From contig OZ025796.1 in assembly GCA_964019425.1 (NCBI GenBank), positions 558,001-622,000 of the forward strand: a stretch of DNA of 64,000 nucleotides, in the 5' to 3' direction. A program made the position numbers and the translations under genes. Position 1 is the first letter of the stretch, and each line of letters starts with the position of its first letter. The DNA is from Flectonema sp. DT1601. Taxonomy: Eukaryota. Positions 12,552 through 26,900 of this stretch are shown here, piece after piece. The notes under the pieces were generated by a model. That model was given only the letters and a program-made list of their open reading frames with translations. It had not been told where the DNA came from and ran no database searches.

Positions 12552-12873
12552 TCAGAATCACCACCACCAGAATGATGTAATTCGTAGGTAGTCTAAACTT
12601 AAGTCAATTTCAAAATGATTTCAGTACTGACTCACGTTCTTTTATAAAATCCGCCCATCAGTCCGAACTACGCGGACAGCTTCGTTTCGTTTGGTCATTT
12701 CATCAACTGACGTGCGTTCAATTTTTCTGTTTTCAATTTGTTATGATTGTGATTATACCTCTTCTTCCTTAAACAGATATATCAAAATAATCTTTTAGTG
12801 AAGTATAACGACAATAAGTACATTGATGTTAATATTTCTTACCATCAATTCATATTAGAAAGGAAAACATAAT

Positions 12874-15691
12874 ATGATACGACAACGGTGTGTGAGACTT
12901 CTCTCCAAGGGAGCCACCCGTCAGGTTAAATCCATCCAACGGCGCGCAAACGTTGCCGCCCCTCCTAACAATGCGGATGGGAAGGGACAGAAAGGTCCAG
13001 ATATCAAATGGACAGAAGGAAACGTTGGATTTTTAGAAAAATTTGCAACTAATTTAACGGAAGTTGCAAAAGAAGGAAAGCTAGACCCAGTCATCGGAAG
13101 AGAAGAGGTAGTACGACAGGCCCTTCAAGTATTAGCGAGACGTACTAAGAATAACCCTGTCCTTATTGGTGAACCAGGTGTTGGTAAGACTGCTATTGTC
13201 GAGGGATTGGCACAAGCCATCGCTCTTAATGAGGTTCCGGAGAGTGTAAAGGGAAAAAAGGTTATGTCTCTCGACATTTCTTCACTTGTTGCAGGAGCTA
13301 AGTATCGAGGTGAGTTTGAAGAACGGTTGCGAGGAGTGCTTCAGGAAACTCGCGAATCGAATGGAAACGTCATCCTCTTCATTGATGAGATTCACACCCT
13401 CGTAGGGGCAGGAGCTGCTGAAGGTTCTGTTGATGCTGGCAACATGCTTAAACCTGCTCTTGCTAGAGGTGAACTCCACTGTATTGGTGCAACGACTCTC
13501 TCGGAATACCAAAAAAGGTTTGTTTAGTTTTTATTCTTTCGACGAGTTGAATTTCATGGTCGCTTTTTATTGGCCTTTGGGGGAAATTGGTTGTTTAGTT
13601 GGTTTTTTTTTGGAGTTGACAGTTTTTAATAAAAAAAAATACAAATCAAACGCAGGATGGAAAAAGACGGTGCACTCGCTCGTCGATTTCAAAAAGTATA
13701 TGTTCCGGAACCTACAGTTGAAGACACTATTTCAATTCTAAGAGGGCTTAAAGAACGTTATGAGAAGCATCATGGTCTACTGATTACTGACTCAGCTCTA
13801 GTCAGTGCAGCAGTGAACAGTCACAAGTATCTCAGTGACAGGTATGTGTTTATGCGATCTCGGACCCGGTTTTCGTAATGGTGTTCCGTCATGAGGCTCG
13901 CCTCTGCTTTCGGTCAGCAAACATATCACGTGCCTCGTGCCAGAGTCGCTTTCTCTTCACAGTGCCGTGGAAAGTTACGGAGAAAACAATAAAATAACAA
14001 CAACACCAACAACAGAAAACTACCGGACAAGGCGATTGACATCATTGATGAAGCAGCCTCTCGATTACGTCTGCAGCAGGAATCGAAACCAGACGAATTA
14101 GATTTACTCGAGAGGGAAATCATTAGATTGAAGATTGAGAAGGAAGCTCTGAAGAAGGAAACTGATGGAGGTGCAATGAAACGCTTAGCAGAAATAGAAC
14201 AGATTATAATTGAGAAGAATAAGATCTACGGTGAGCTTCATTCAAAGTGGGTAGAAGAAAAGGACAGATTGATTATTATAAAGAAACGACAGGAAGACTT
14301 GGAGAAGGCGAGAAGAGAGTTGGAAGTTGCCATTCAAACGAATGACTTTGCGCGTGCCAGTGAGTTGAAGCATTCAGAGATTCCTCGTCTGCAGGAACAG
14401 TCGGATTCGGATTCAGAATTTCGTGAGAATCAAATTATTTCCGAGTCAGTTCGTTCAAAGGACGTCTGCTTCGTAATCTCAAAGGCTACTGGGATTCCAG
14501 TTCATCAACTCCTCACATCTGAACGTGAGAAGCTACTCCAAATGGAAGATCACCTGACCGCTCGTATCAAAGGCCAAGACCCTGCCCTCCGCGCTATTAG
14601 TGATGTCGTTAGAGTATCTAGAGCTGGATTACACAATCATAAGTATGTGTTGTTGTTGTTGTTGTTGTTGTTTTATTTTGGAACACAAGTTAGTTCTTAA
14701 AGGAACAAGAATGGAAAAAGAGAAAAAAAAACAAAACCAAACAGGAGGCCACTCGGCTGTTTCCTCTTCCTTGGACCTACTGGTGTTGGTAAGACTGAAG
14801 TCTGCAAGCAGTTGGCGAAGTTTTTGTTTGACGATGAGGCGAACATTATCCGTCTTGACATGTCTGAGTTCAGTGAAGCTCACTCAAAAGATCGTCTGAT
14901 AGGGTGTGTGATGTTTATTCATTAATATACCAATACTGTTGTTCATGTAGTTCCTATTCTGTTTATGAAAACTGAACTGATGAAGACTTATGAAAAATAA
15001 ACACAAAAACAGTGCACCCCCAGGATATGTAGGTTACGAAGAAGGAGGTGAGCTGACAGAAAAGGTCCGCCGCAGACCCTACCAAATAGTACTTTTTGAC
15101 GAGTTTGAGAAATGTAGTTTAACAGTTGCTAATGTGCTGCTTCAGATATTAGATGAGGGTCATCTGACTGATGGTCAAGGTAGAAAAGTTGATTTTAAAA
15201 ATACAATCGTCATCTTAACATCAAACTTAGGAGCAAAGACTATTGCTAACCATCCTTTTGATAGAGAACTTGAAGAAGTTCGTCCAGCTGTTATGAAAGA
15301 AGTGGAGTCAAGACTACCTCCTGAATTTATTAATCGTCTTGATGAAGTTGTTATGTTCAACAGACTAACAAAAGATCATATTGGAAGTATTGTTGACTTA
15401 CTACTATCTGATATATCTGGTTTACTACTTGATAAGGAAATGACTCTTAAAGTTTGTCCTTCAGTTCATTCATACTTATCAACTGAGGGATGGACTCCTG
15501 TGTATGGAGCTCGTCAACTTAAAAGAGTTCTTCATAAGACTTTAGTTTCACAACTTGCGAAGAAATATCTAAGCGGTGAGATTCGTGATGGGGAAGAAGT
15601 TCAAATTGATATGAAAGAAGGAGCAGTAGTTGTTGTACCCAACCATCCCCCACATAAAAAGGATGGAGAACCCAAGGCTGTTACAGCCTAG
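12874..15691 (+). CDS. clpB: ClpB/Hsp78-type AAA+ disaggregase, probably mitochondrial; 4 introns
   Basis: [28 protein letters not shown], coiled-coil M domain, [31 protein letters not shown]. No N-domain; Arg-rich presequence. Introns include 13518-13655 and 14643-14744. Confidence 0.95.
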
Positions 15692-15999
15692 AAAAACAGT
15701 ATCCTCCTACTGTATTACGAAAAAATCAACCGACTAACTTCTGACACAAATAATTGTTTTCTGTTGACTTTGCAACAGTTTTTTTTTTAAAACGCTGAGG
15801 CGTCTTATCACATAACGATGAGTAGAAGTGTTTTTTTTAATTTTAAAAAAAAAAAAAAAAAATTGTTTTCACGCCCTCAGACTACTACATTTCACTAAAA
15901 TATGAACTGCTTATTGGGAAAATATGATCCGTCTATCGTTTCGGTATTATATAAATTTTATTTCACAAATCAGAATACAGTCCTCTATAATAAGATACC

Positions 16000-18546
16000 A
16001 TGGGTTTGTTCAATCGATCTAAAAAGGAAGATCCTGACTGTGAGTACGTAGGTGATGCCAATACTGAACCACTAGACGCTACTGAAATTACATTAGCAGG
16101 GGAACCTCCTTCAGCAGACGATTATAAAATTTGTAGTGGAGATGGAAGGATCTTCATGATTGGAAGTAGTGAAGAATACTTTTTAGTTTGGGAATTAATT
16201 GACAACGATGAAAGAAAATGGATTCGAATTACACCTGAAGACCAACCCACAAGACACCATTATTCTTTATCATTTTATGAAGATAATATTAACATAGCTG
16301 GTGGTGTGACTTCTGATGGAGAGCTACTCAACTCTGTCATTTCTCTAAACTTATCAAATCTAAGTTGGTCAGAATTACCTCCACTTCCAATGAAGTTGTC
16401 AAACTCGACAGATGTGGTAGTTGGTAGCCGTTGGTTATTTTTTGGAGGTCAGACAAACAAAAAATCCACCTCAGCGATATTTGTCTTCAATTTCACCGAT
16501 GCAATCTGGGTTGACCCTTGCAAGATTTCCCTCCCTTCTAAATTACCTGTAAAGTTCTTGGATGCGGCAGTTTTATTCGACGCTGACAACACTTCTATTG
16601 TAATCAGTGGAGGTACAGGTGACTTCAGTGGAACTGTTGTATTAACTTGTGATTGTGGCGGATGGAATATCGCAACAAAAACATTAAAGAAAACGAAGAA
16701 AGTATTAAAGGAAAAAATCCCAACATCGGGTTGCTTTATTTGCGATGACACGCTCCATGTAATCTACCCTCTCAGTATGATGACTGTGGGAATGTCTGTA
16801 TTGAATTCAACTACCACGAGCTATCCATACTCAGTGACGGGTAATCCTTCTCCGGGATGTAGTTCTGCTCAGATTGGAGATCGTGTTTTTTTAGTTAACA
16901 AATACTCACTTTATGAGATCACAACACCGTGTGCCAGTACTACGAGAGATGATATTTTTGATTTATTGGATTCGACTACAAAGTCTGAAGAGGGAAGAGA
17001 AGGATCTCCACGTCTTAAAGACCCGACTCCAACCTCTAGCTGGCTAAAAGGAAAGTTCTTCAGTAAGACAACAACAAACAATCTTCTGATTGATAGCGAC
17101 CCTGAGAATGATGATGAGTCCCCCGAGCAGCAACAAGTCTGCCCGCCGAGCACTTCTTCTGATTTCCAACCCACGCCAGAATGCGACACGAACGAGTCTC
17201 CGCATTGTAAAAAGCGACCTTCAGCATCCAGCCCATCTTGGTTTGGAAAAATTAAAAAATCACCCAAATCGAACTTAATCGGTAGTGACAGCGAAGATGA
17301 TCAGGAGCAGGAAATTAATCGAGGGTCGAGCTGGTTGAAAGGAAAAGTTTTTGCATCAAAGCGTCCGGTAGGTGAAGGTGGCGCTGCTCAGCTTGAGGGA
17401 AGTGCAAAACGCTCCACAAGTACCGCAAGCGAAGATGAAGTTGAGGAAAATGATCTTTTCTCTCCGAAAGATTCAACGAGTGCTTCCCAGAAAAAAACAC
17501 GTCAGGAATCGTGGACTGATAAGTTATTTAGTCCAAAGCATCGATCAAAATCTGGTGGAAACGTCGTCGGTTCTGAGAGCGATGAAGAAAACGTCCTTCC
17601 TGTCGGAAAACCGAGGAGGAGCGCTCCAGCAATTCCAAAGCAGGGAATCGATTTAGAAAATTCTGCTTCGCCAACAGATTTGAGTTCTTCACAGAAGAAG
17701 TCTCGACAAGAGTCGTGGACTGATAAACTATTCAGTCCTAAACAAAGATCAAAGTCGGGAGGAGATGTGTTGGGTTCTGACAGCGATGACTGTGATGAGG
17801 ATCATCACCTTAGCTCGAGAAAAAGTGCTCCTTCAATCACCGAGTCGAGTGGAAACATGGAACCCAGCAATGATATAATTGAAAGCCCAACAGATCAGCT
17901 GGGAGGTCCTCAAAGGAAGGAGTCTTGGACTGATCGATTATTCAGTCCCAAACACAAGTCAAAAATGGAACAAAATATCCTCGGACCCGATGATATTCTG
18001 ACGGAACGACAAAGAAATATCAGACCGAGAAAGTCACTTCTCAACGCAGAAGGTGAAGGCGATTCTGATGATGATTGTGATTTGTTAAAATCAACCAACT
18101 CGAAAAGTATCTTTTCAGCAACTCCGAAACCAAAGCAAACTACCTGCACAGGTCGGAGTAGTAAACTTGAAGATGACGAAGGTAAAACCTCACGTGGTTT
18201 CTCATTAGGTGATTTGTTAAAGGGAAAAGGAAAAGATCAATCTGTAATCTGTCAGGATCCATTTATTGAACCTCTGTCAGCAGCTTCACCACTCTCTCCA
18301 GTACCACATCCGCCTACAATAACACCGAGTAATACACCAACAGTTGGCGTACCTGTAAATGATTTATGGTCAGCCTTTCCTTCTTCTAGTAATACTGCTT
18401 CTCCACCTGCTGCAGCAAGCTACGGTAGTCCTACTCAGCAGTCGCCTAGTTGGATAGACTTCGGACAGGCACCTGTTCAACACCAACAACCACCACCAAT
18501 ACAACAACAACATCAACAACAACAGCAGTGGGCATCCTTCACTTGA
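16000..18546 (+). CDS. Kelch/beta-propeller N-terminus with a long Ser/Asp-rich disordered tail
   Basis: 848-aa ORF. Kelch-like IAGG..WSELPPLP..FFGG..ISGG. Tail repeats ESWTD(K/R)LFSPK x3. Confidence 0.75.
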   Translation: MGLFNRSKKEDPDCEYVGDANTEPLDATEITLAGEPPSADDYKICSGDGRIFMIGSSEEYFLVWELIDNDERKWIRITPEDQPTRHHYSLSFYEDNINIAGGVTSDGELLNSVISLNLSNLSWSELPPLPMKLSNSTDVVVGSRWLFFGGQTNKKSTSAIFVFNFTDAIWVDPCKISLPSKLPVKFLDAAVLFDADNTSIVISGGTGDFSGTVVLTCDCGGWNIATKTLKKTKKVLKEKIPTSGCFICDDTLHVIYPLSMMTVGMSVLNSTTTSYPYSVTGNPSPGCSSAQIGDRVFLVNKYSLYEITTPCASTTRDDIFDLLDSTTKSEEGREGSPRLKDPTPTSSWLKGKFFSKTTTNNLLIDSDPENDDESPEQQQVCPPSTSSDFQPTPECDTNESPHCKKRPSASSPSWFGKIKKSPKSNLIGSDSEDDQEQEINRGSSWLKGKVFASKRPVGEGGAAQLEGSAKRSTSTASEDEVEENDLFSPKDSTSASQKKTRQESWTDKLFSPKHRSKSGGNVVGSESDEENVLPVGKPRRSAPAIPKQGIDLENSASPTDLSSSQKKSRQESWTDKLFSPKQRSKSGGDVLGSDSDDCDEDHHLSSRKSAPSITESSGNMEPSNDIIESPTDQLGGPQRKESWTDRLFSPKHKSKMEQNILGPDDILTERQRNIRPRKSLLNAEGEGDSDDDCDLLKSTNSKSIFSATPKPKQTTCTGRSSKLEDDEGKTSRGFSLGDLLKGKGKDQSVICQDPFIEPLSAASPLSPVPHPPTITPSNTPTVGVPVNDLWSAFPSSSNTASPPAAASYGSPTQQSPSWIDFGQAPVQHQQPPPIQQQHQQQQQWASFT

Positions 18547-19815
18547 AGTAGTAATGCTTTTGTTAGGTTTTGTATTTAATTGTAATGTTCATCGTACCAA
18601 TCATGATCACTGGAAGGTGTTTTCTTTTGAGTTATTCAAATAAACAAACGCATTTCCAGTTCTGCGTTACACTCCTCCGCCAATCAAAAGTTGGCAACCT
18701 GTTCACTCTCTTGCAGCAAATTCAAGTCACACACGACCTCAGAAGTGATGTATGAAAAGAATGATCGGAAGTTCTGTTATTTCTGTAATTCAATTCAGTC
18801 ACTTTCCATGATTAATGTTCATGTTGTGATTTAGCTTTTTGGAAATAAATTGAACCTGTTATAGTGGATGAGGGATTGAAGCCGTCCTTAATTTATGTGA
18901 TGCTCTTATGTTTTAAAGAGCAAAGAGCCTTCCCTACACAAATAGTTTCAGAACTAGGTGTTTTATTTATGTAGTAAAAAGGTTAGTTTACACTGTTTTA
19001 AGAGTAAAATAATCCCATTGGAAAGCCAATGAAGATGTCTCGCACACACTTTTTTTTTTTTTTTTTTTTTTTTAAAATACCCATAAAAAAAAAAAATATA
19101 AAAAAAACACGTCCGATCTAGCTATGCGTGGTCTAGCCCTGGTTATAGTTGTCTTATCCTATATTTTCTTTTTTTCCCCCCCGCATTTAATATTAGTATC
19201 AAGTTACCCCCCGCCCATAACAACTTTTTTTAATAATTCATATTAACATACTATGTACTTCCTTCAAGGAAAACTTTCTCAAATAAAGGGCTTTCCCTTT
19301 AAATGAAAAATGTAGGGATAAAATGCACCTTATTTTTACTTCCTTTAAAAGGGTACAAGTGTGAAATAGTTCGAGATTTTTTTTCTAGCTTTCAGTCTAA
19401 TCTGATTGTAAGTGTATCTTGCCACGAATTTTTTTATTATGAGGTATTGTCAGGGACGGTCGTTTTTTTATCTTTTTTTTTTTTTTTTCAAACCCTCAAG
19501 TTGAGGTTAACGGTGTAAAATATGTAGATAGTATCGACATCACTCTTGCTTGTGGTTATTGCAAGCACTTCACTCTTCTTTTTTTTTTTTTTTTCTTCTT
19601 AACATTGATAGTTTTATTGTTTTTTGCAGACAGCAGGCCAAGACGAGTTAACTCGTTTGTGCTTACGGAGTGGTCTTTAATATGTTTTGTTGAATTACTT
19701 TAGTAGGTGGTGATTGCTGGAGGGGGTCCGAGGTTGTTACACTTTCTTTCACTGAAAGGAGGAGTCTCGGAGTCCCCCCGATTGGTGTTTATATTTCTAA
19801 TTCGATTTCTTATTA

Positions 19816-19851
<36 letters not shown>

Positions 19852-20413
19852 TGTTCTCTCCCTTCACATCTTATTTTTCTTTTGTGGAATTTTAAATAAA
19901 GTGTCGGCCCATCTGTTTAAATTGTAGAGTTTCACAATCAGTTCTCCATTACGATCACCTTAGCTCCCCCCCGCGACCCATTCCCTGCGGCCCCACCCCC
20001 GCCAAGTATGATAAGGTGATTATTGTCGCAGTCAAATTATATTAAATTGGCTCCTTTACTCGATGTGTGAATTTCCCCTTCCCCTTTTCACTCTATACCT
20101 GACTCTTGAACTTTTTTTTTTTTTTTTTTAAATATTTTTTTCCTTCTTTTTTTTTCTTACTCGCCTTTCACACACATAAAAACTAAGAGCGAACACAATG
20201 TTTTTATTTATTATTATTATTATTGTTTTTTTTCTCATTTTTTCTTTTCTTAGTTAATTGGTATATTATTATATGTGCAATTAAACTTTATCAGTTTTCT
20301 TTTTAATGGCTTGGCTCCCCCCACCGCCACGGACTACAGGGCGTGGGGGACCCAATCTGACAGTACGTAGTACCCGAATTACCAGATACGACAACGTCTT
20401 CTGGTCAATAAGA

Positions 20414-20450
<37 letters not shown>

Positions 20451-20913
20451 CTTTTTTCCTTTTTTCTAAACGTACCTTTTTCTTTGATTAACAACTACAA
20501 AATATTTTTTTTCAGTCAAGTACTTTTGATATTAATTTTGTATTAATACCTAAAGTTGGTTACTGTTTTTACATTGTCAAAGTTTCACCCCCACACGCCA
20601 CTGAAATGCCTTCTGTGGAATGTTTGAGTCGACACGCGTTGGGCGTTTTTAGTTATTTCGACCCTCTCCATTCCCACGATATCAATGCTTCTTTTTTACG
20701 TATTTTTATGTTATTATTTTTACAGTTGTTATGCAACAGGATTTAGCCAGCTGGTGTTGTATTTTTAAATCATTTGATAAAAAGGAAACAAGATATTAAA
20801 TTTTTTTTTCATTCATCTTGTCAGGTAATACCCTTCACAAAAAAAAAAAAGTTTTTTTTTTTTGTTCAAATAAATATATTAACCGGGAAACAAAAAACAA
20901 ATAAGAAAACAAG

Positions 20914-23900
20914 ATGACGACTTTGGCTCTACTGGGGTGCCTTGTTGTTCAAAGCATAGGTCAACAATTGCCATGTCCGTACTATCATTCTTCAGTTTGT
21001 TTGAAGAATCCATGTCTAGGTGGCATTGATTCTAATTGTGTCCTTAATGGACCCCTTTGTGAATGTCCCATAACTGCAATTGATACTTGTTCTCAATACG
21101 CGCTTGATGACTGTGAAAACAATGCTTGTCCACAAGATAGATCACGATCATGTGTTGTGAATCCAGCTGGTCAATGTAGTTGCAAGGTAGATCTCCCACT
21201 TAGCTGCCGAGGTTACGATGTCGACACGTGCACTACATTCATGTGTCCTGAGAACTTAATGAGACGCTGCCAAGTCATTTCAGGTCGATGTGATTGCCCC
21301 GAGACTACTGAGCGTTGTGAAAATTACGACATCGCAATTTGTGAGCAGCAACCTTGTCCAGGAGATCAAACAAGAAATTGCCGAATTATTAACAACAGGT
21401 GTAGCTGTCCTTCTCAAAGAATTGATAATTGTCAGGACTTTAGTCTGACACAATGTACGACAATGCCGTGTCCAAATGATCAAAATAGAATGTGTCGGGT
21501 TGTTGACTACTTGGGAACGGATATATGTGACTGCCCGCAGATGATCGACAACTGCCAAGACTACCACGTCGATGTCTGCGAGCAACACGCCTGTCCAAAC
21601 GATGACAGCAGAAGGTGTCAAATCATCAACAACAGATGTGACTGTCCAATGGTGATCGACAGCTGTCAAGACTACCACGTCAATGTCTGCGAGCAACACG
21701 CCTGTCCAAACGATGACAGCAGAAGATGTCAGATCATCAACAACAAATGTGACTGTCCAATGGTGATCGACAGTTGTCAAGACTACCACGTCAATGTCTG
21801 TGAACAGCACGCTTGTCCAAACGATGACAGCAGAAGGTGTCAGGTCATCAACAACAGATGTGACTGTCCTCGCGTGATCGACAGTTGTCAAGACTACCAC
21901 GTCAATGTCTGCGAGCAACACGCTTGTCCAAACGATGACAGCAGAAGATGTCAGATCATCAACAACAAATGTGACTGTCCAATGGTGATTGACAGCTGTC
22001 AAGACTACCACGTCAATGTCTGTGAACAGCACGCTTGTCCAAACGATGACAGCAGAAGGTGTCAGGTCATCAACAACAGATGTGACTGTCCTCGCGTGAT
22101 CGACAGTTGTCAAGACTACCACGTCAATGTCTGCGAGCAACACGCTTGTCCAAACGATGACAGCAGAAGATGTCAGATCATCAACAACAAATGTGACTGT
22201 CCAATGGTGATTGACAGCTGTCAAGACTACCACGTCGATGTCTGTGAGCAACACGCTTGTCCAAACGATGACAGCAGAAGGTGTCAGGTCATCAACAACA
22301 GATGTGACTGCCCTCGCGTGATCGACAGTTGTCAGGACTACCACGTCAATGTCTGTGAACAGCACGCTTGTCCAAACGATGATGGAAGAAGGTGTCGGAT
22401 CATCAACAACAAATGTGACTGTCCTATGGTGATTGACAGCTGTCAAGACTACCACGTCAATGTCTGCGAGCAACACGCCTGTCCAAACGATGACAGCAGA
22501 AGGTGTCAGGTCATCAACAACAGATGTGACTGTCCTCGCGTGATCGACAGTTGTCAAGACTACCACGTCAATGTCTGCGAGCAACACGCTTGTCCAAACG
22601 ATGACAGCAGAAGATGTCAGATCATCAACAACAAATGTGACTGTCCAATGGTGATCGACAGTTGTCAAGACTACCACGTCGATGTCTGTGAGCAACACGC
22701 TTGTCCAAACGATGACAGCAGAAGATGTCAGGTTATCAACAACAAATGTGACTGTCCAATGGTGATTGACAGCTGTCAAGACTACCACGTCGATGTCTGT
22801 GAGCAACACGCTTGTCCAAACGATGACAGCAGAAGGTGTCAGATCATCAACAACAAATGTGACTGTCCAATGGTGATCGACAACTGCCAAGACTACCACG
22901 TCGATGTCTGCGAGCAACACACTTGTCCAAATGATGATGGAAGAAGGTGTCGGATTATCAACAACAAATGTGACTGTCCACAGAGGATCGATAACTGTCA
23001 GGACTACCACGTCGATGTCTGTGAACAACACGCCTGTCCAAACGATGACAGCAGAAAATGTCAGATCATCAACAACAGATGTGACTGTCCTCAGAAGGTT
23101 GACAACTGTCAGGATTACAGTCTCACTGAGTGTCCAGATAGGATTTGTCCAAATGACGCCAACCGCATGTGTGAAGTAATTACGTATACGACTGCTGCTG
23201 GGGCAACAACTTCCCGTTGTGACTGTCCTCAGAAGGTTGACAATTGTCAGGATTACAGTCTCACTGAGTGTCCAGAGAAAACCTGTCCAAATGACGCCAA
23301 CCGCATGTGTGAAGTAGTTAAGTATACAACTTCTACTGGGGCAGCTGCTTCCAGATGTGACTGTCCGCAAAGGGTTGACAATTGTCAGGACTACCACGTC
23401 AACGTTTGTGAGCAACACGCTTGTCCAAACGATGAAGGCAGAAAGTGCCAGATCATCAACGACAAATGTGACTGTCCACAGAGGATCGATAACTGTCAGG
23501 ACTACCACGTCAACGTTTGCGAGGAACACGTTTGTCCGAATGATGACAGCAGAAAGTGTCAGGTTATCAACAACAGATGTGACTGTCCTATGGTGATTGA
23601 CAGCTGTCAAGACTACCACGTCGATGTCTGTGAGCAACACGCCTGTCCAAACGATGACAGCAGAAGGTGTCAGGTCATCAACAACAAATGTGACTGTCCA
23701 CAGAGGATCGATAACTGTCAGGACTACCACGTAAACGTTTGTGAGCAACACGCTTGTCCAAACGATGAAGGCAGAAAGTGCCAGATCATCAACGACAAAT
23801 GTGACTGTCCACAGAGGATCGATAACTGTCAGGACTACCACGTCAACGTTTGCGAGGAACACGTTTGTCCGAATGATGACAGCAGAAAGTGTCAGGTTAT

Positions 23901-26900
23901 CAACAACAGGTGTGACTGTCCAATGGTGATCGACAGCTGTCAAGACTACCACGTCGATGTCTGCGAGCAACACGCCTGTCCAAATGATGACGGCAGAAGG
24001 TGTCAGGTTATCAACAACAAATGTGACTGTCCACAGAGGATCGATAACTGTCAGGACTACCACGTAAACGTTTGTGAGCAACACGCTTGTCCAAACGATG
24101 ACAGCAGAAAATGTCAGATCATCAACAACAAATGTGACTGTCCAATGGTGATCGACAACTGCCAAGACTACCACGTCGATGTCTGCGAGCAACACGCCTG
24201 TCCAAATGATGAAGGCAGAAGGTGTCAGATCATCAATAATAAATGTGACTGCCCACAGAGGATCGATAACTGTCAGGACTACCACGTCAACGTTTGCGAG
24301 GAACATGTTTGTCCAAACGATGACAGCAGAAGATGTCAGATCATCAACAACAGGTGTGACTGTCCTCAGAAGGTTGACAACTGTCAGGATTACAGTCTCA
24401 CTGAGTGTCCAGAGAAGTACTGTCCAAATGACGCCGATCGCATGTGTGAAGTAATTACGTACACGACTGCTGCTGGGGCAGCAACTTCCCGTTGTGACTG
24501 TCCTCAGAAGGTTGACAATTGTCAGGATTACAGTCTCACTGAGTGTCCAGAGAAGTACTGTCCAAATGACGCCGATCGCATGTGTGAAGTAATTACGTAC
24601 ACGACTGCTGCTGGGGCAGCAACTTCCCGTTGTGACTGTCCTCAGAAGGTTGACAATTGTCAGGATTACAGTCTCACTGAGTGTCCAGAGAAGTACTGTC
24701 CAAATGACGCCAACCGCATGTGTGAAGTAGTTAAGTATACAACCTCCACTGGAGCAGCAACTTCCCGTTGTGACTGTCCTCAGAAAGATGACAACTGCCA
24801 AGATTACAGTCTCACTGAGTGTCCAGAGAAGTACTGTCCAAATGACGCCGATCGCATGTGTGAAGTAATTACGTATACCACCTCCACTGGGGAAGCTACT
24901 TCCAGATGTGACTGTCCAATGGTGATCGACAGTTGTCAAGACTACCACGTCGATGTCTGCGAGCAACACGCTTGTCCAAATGATGACGGCAGAAGGTGTC
25001 AGATCATCAATAATAAATGTGACTGTCCACAGAGGATCGATAACTGTCAGGACTACCACGTCAACGTTTGCGAGGAACATGTTTGTCCAAATGATGACAG
25101 CAGAAAGTGTCAGATCATCAACAACAGGTGTGACTGTCCTCAGAAGGTTGACAACTGTCAGGATTACAGTCTCACTGAGTGTCCAGAGAAGTACTGTCCA
25201 AATGACGCCGACCGCATGTGTGAAGTAATTACGTACACGACTGCTGCTGGGGCAGCAACTTCCCGTTGTGACTGTCCTCAGAAGGTTGACAATTGTCAGG
25301 ATTACAGTCTCACTGAGTGTCCAGAGAAGTACTGTCCAAATGACGCCGATCGCATGTGTGAAGTAATTACGTACACGACTGCTGCTGGGGCAGCAACTTC
25401 CCGTTGTGACTGTCCTCAGAAGGTTGACAACTGTCAGGATTACAGTCTCACTGAGTGTCCAGAGAAGTACTGTCCAAATGACGCCAACCGCATGTGTGAA
25501 GTAATTACGTATACCACCTCCGCTGGGGCAGCTGCTTCCAGATGTGACTGTCCAATGGTGATCGACAGTTGTCAAGACTACCACGTCAATGTCTGTGAAC
25601 AACACGCCTGTCCAAACGATGACAGCAGAAGGTGTCAAATCATCAACAACAAATGTGACTGTCCAATGGTGATCGACAACTGTCAAGACTACCACGTCGA
25701 TGTCTGCGAGCAACACGCCTGTCCAAATGATGATGGAAGAAGGTGTCGGATTATCAACAACAAATGTGACTGTCCACAGAGGATCGATAACTGTCAGGAC
25801 TACCACGTCAACGTTTGCGAGGAACATGTTTGTCCGAATGATGACAGCAGAAAGTGTCAGATCATCAACAACAGGTGTGACTGTCCTCAGAAGGTTGACA
25901 ACTGTCAGGATTACAGTCTCACTGAGTGTCCAGATAGGACTTGTCCAAATGACGCCAACCGCATGTGTGAAGTAATTACGTACACGACTGCTGCTGGGGC
26001 AACAACTTCCCGTTGTGACTGTCCTCAGAGGATTGATAACTGCCAAGATTACGGACTCACTGAGTGTCCAGAGAAGTACTGTCCAAATGACGCCAACCGC
26101 ATGTGTGAAGTAGTTAAGTACACAACCTCTATTGGTGCGGCTGCAGCCATATGTGATTGCCCACAGAGGGTTGACAACTGTCAGGATTACAGTCTCACTG
26201 AGTGTCCAGAGAAGTACTGTCCAAATGACGCCAACCGCATGTGTGAAGTAATTACGTACACGACTGCTGCTGGGGCAACAACGTCCCGTTGTGACTGTCC
26301 TCAGAAGGTTGACAACTGTCAGGATTACAGTCTCACTGAGTGTCCAGAGAAGTACTGTCCAAATGACGCCAACCGCATGTGTGAAGTAGTTAAGTACACA
26401 ACCTCTATTGGGGCAGCTGCAGCCAGATGTGATTGCCCACAGAGGGTTGACAACTGTCAGGATTACGGTCTCACTGAGTGTCCAGAGAAGTACTGTCCAA
26501 ATGACGCCAACCGCATGTGTGAAGTAATTAAGTATACAACTTCTACTGGGGCAGCTGCTGCCAGATGTGACTGCCCGCAGAAGATTGATAATTGCCAGGA
26601 CTATAATGTTGCAGAATGTACAATGAAAGCCTGCCCTAACGATAGGAGTAGAAATTGTGAAGTAATTAATAATCGCTGTGACTGCCCATCAGTAATCAGA
26701 CAGTGTTCTGACTATGCGCTTGATGATTGTACTAGCCGAAGGTGCCCAAGAGACCAGAAGAGATATTGCAAAATTGTAAATAACAAATGTGACTGTCCAG
26801 TGATGACCAGCTGTACCGATTACAATGTTATGGAATGTGAAGAGCACAAGTGTCCACAAGATTCGAGCAGAAGGTGTAAACTCGATGGAGACCATTGTGA

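Noticed and set aside
21280..26046. 1,588-aa antisense ORF
   Set aside because: It is a shadow of the stop-free tandem repeat on the + strand and has no independent protein features.
21550..26690. CRISPR-like regular repeats
   Set aside because: Units are in-frame coding repeats without unique spacers; there are no cas genes and the context is eukaryotic.
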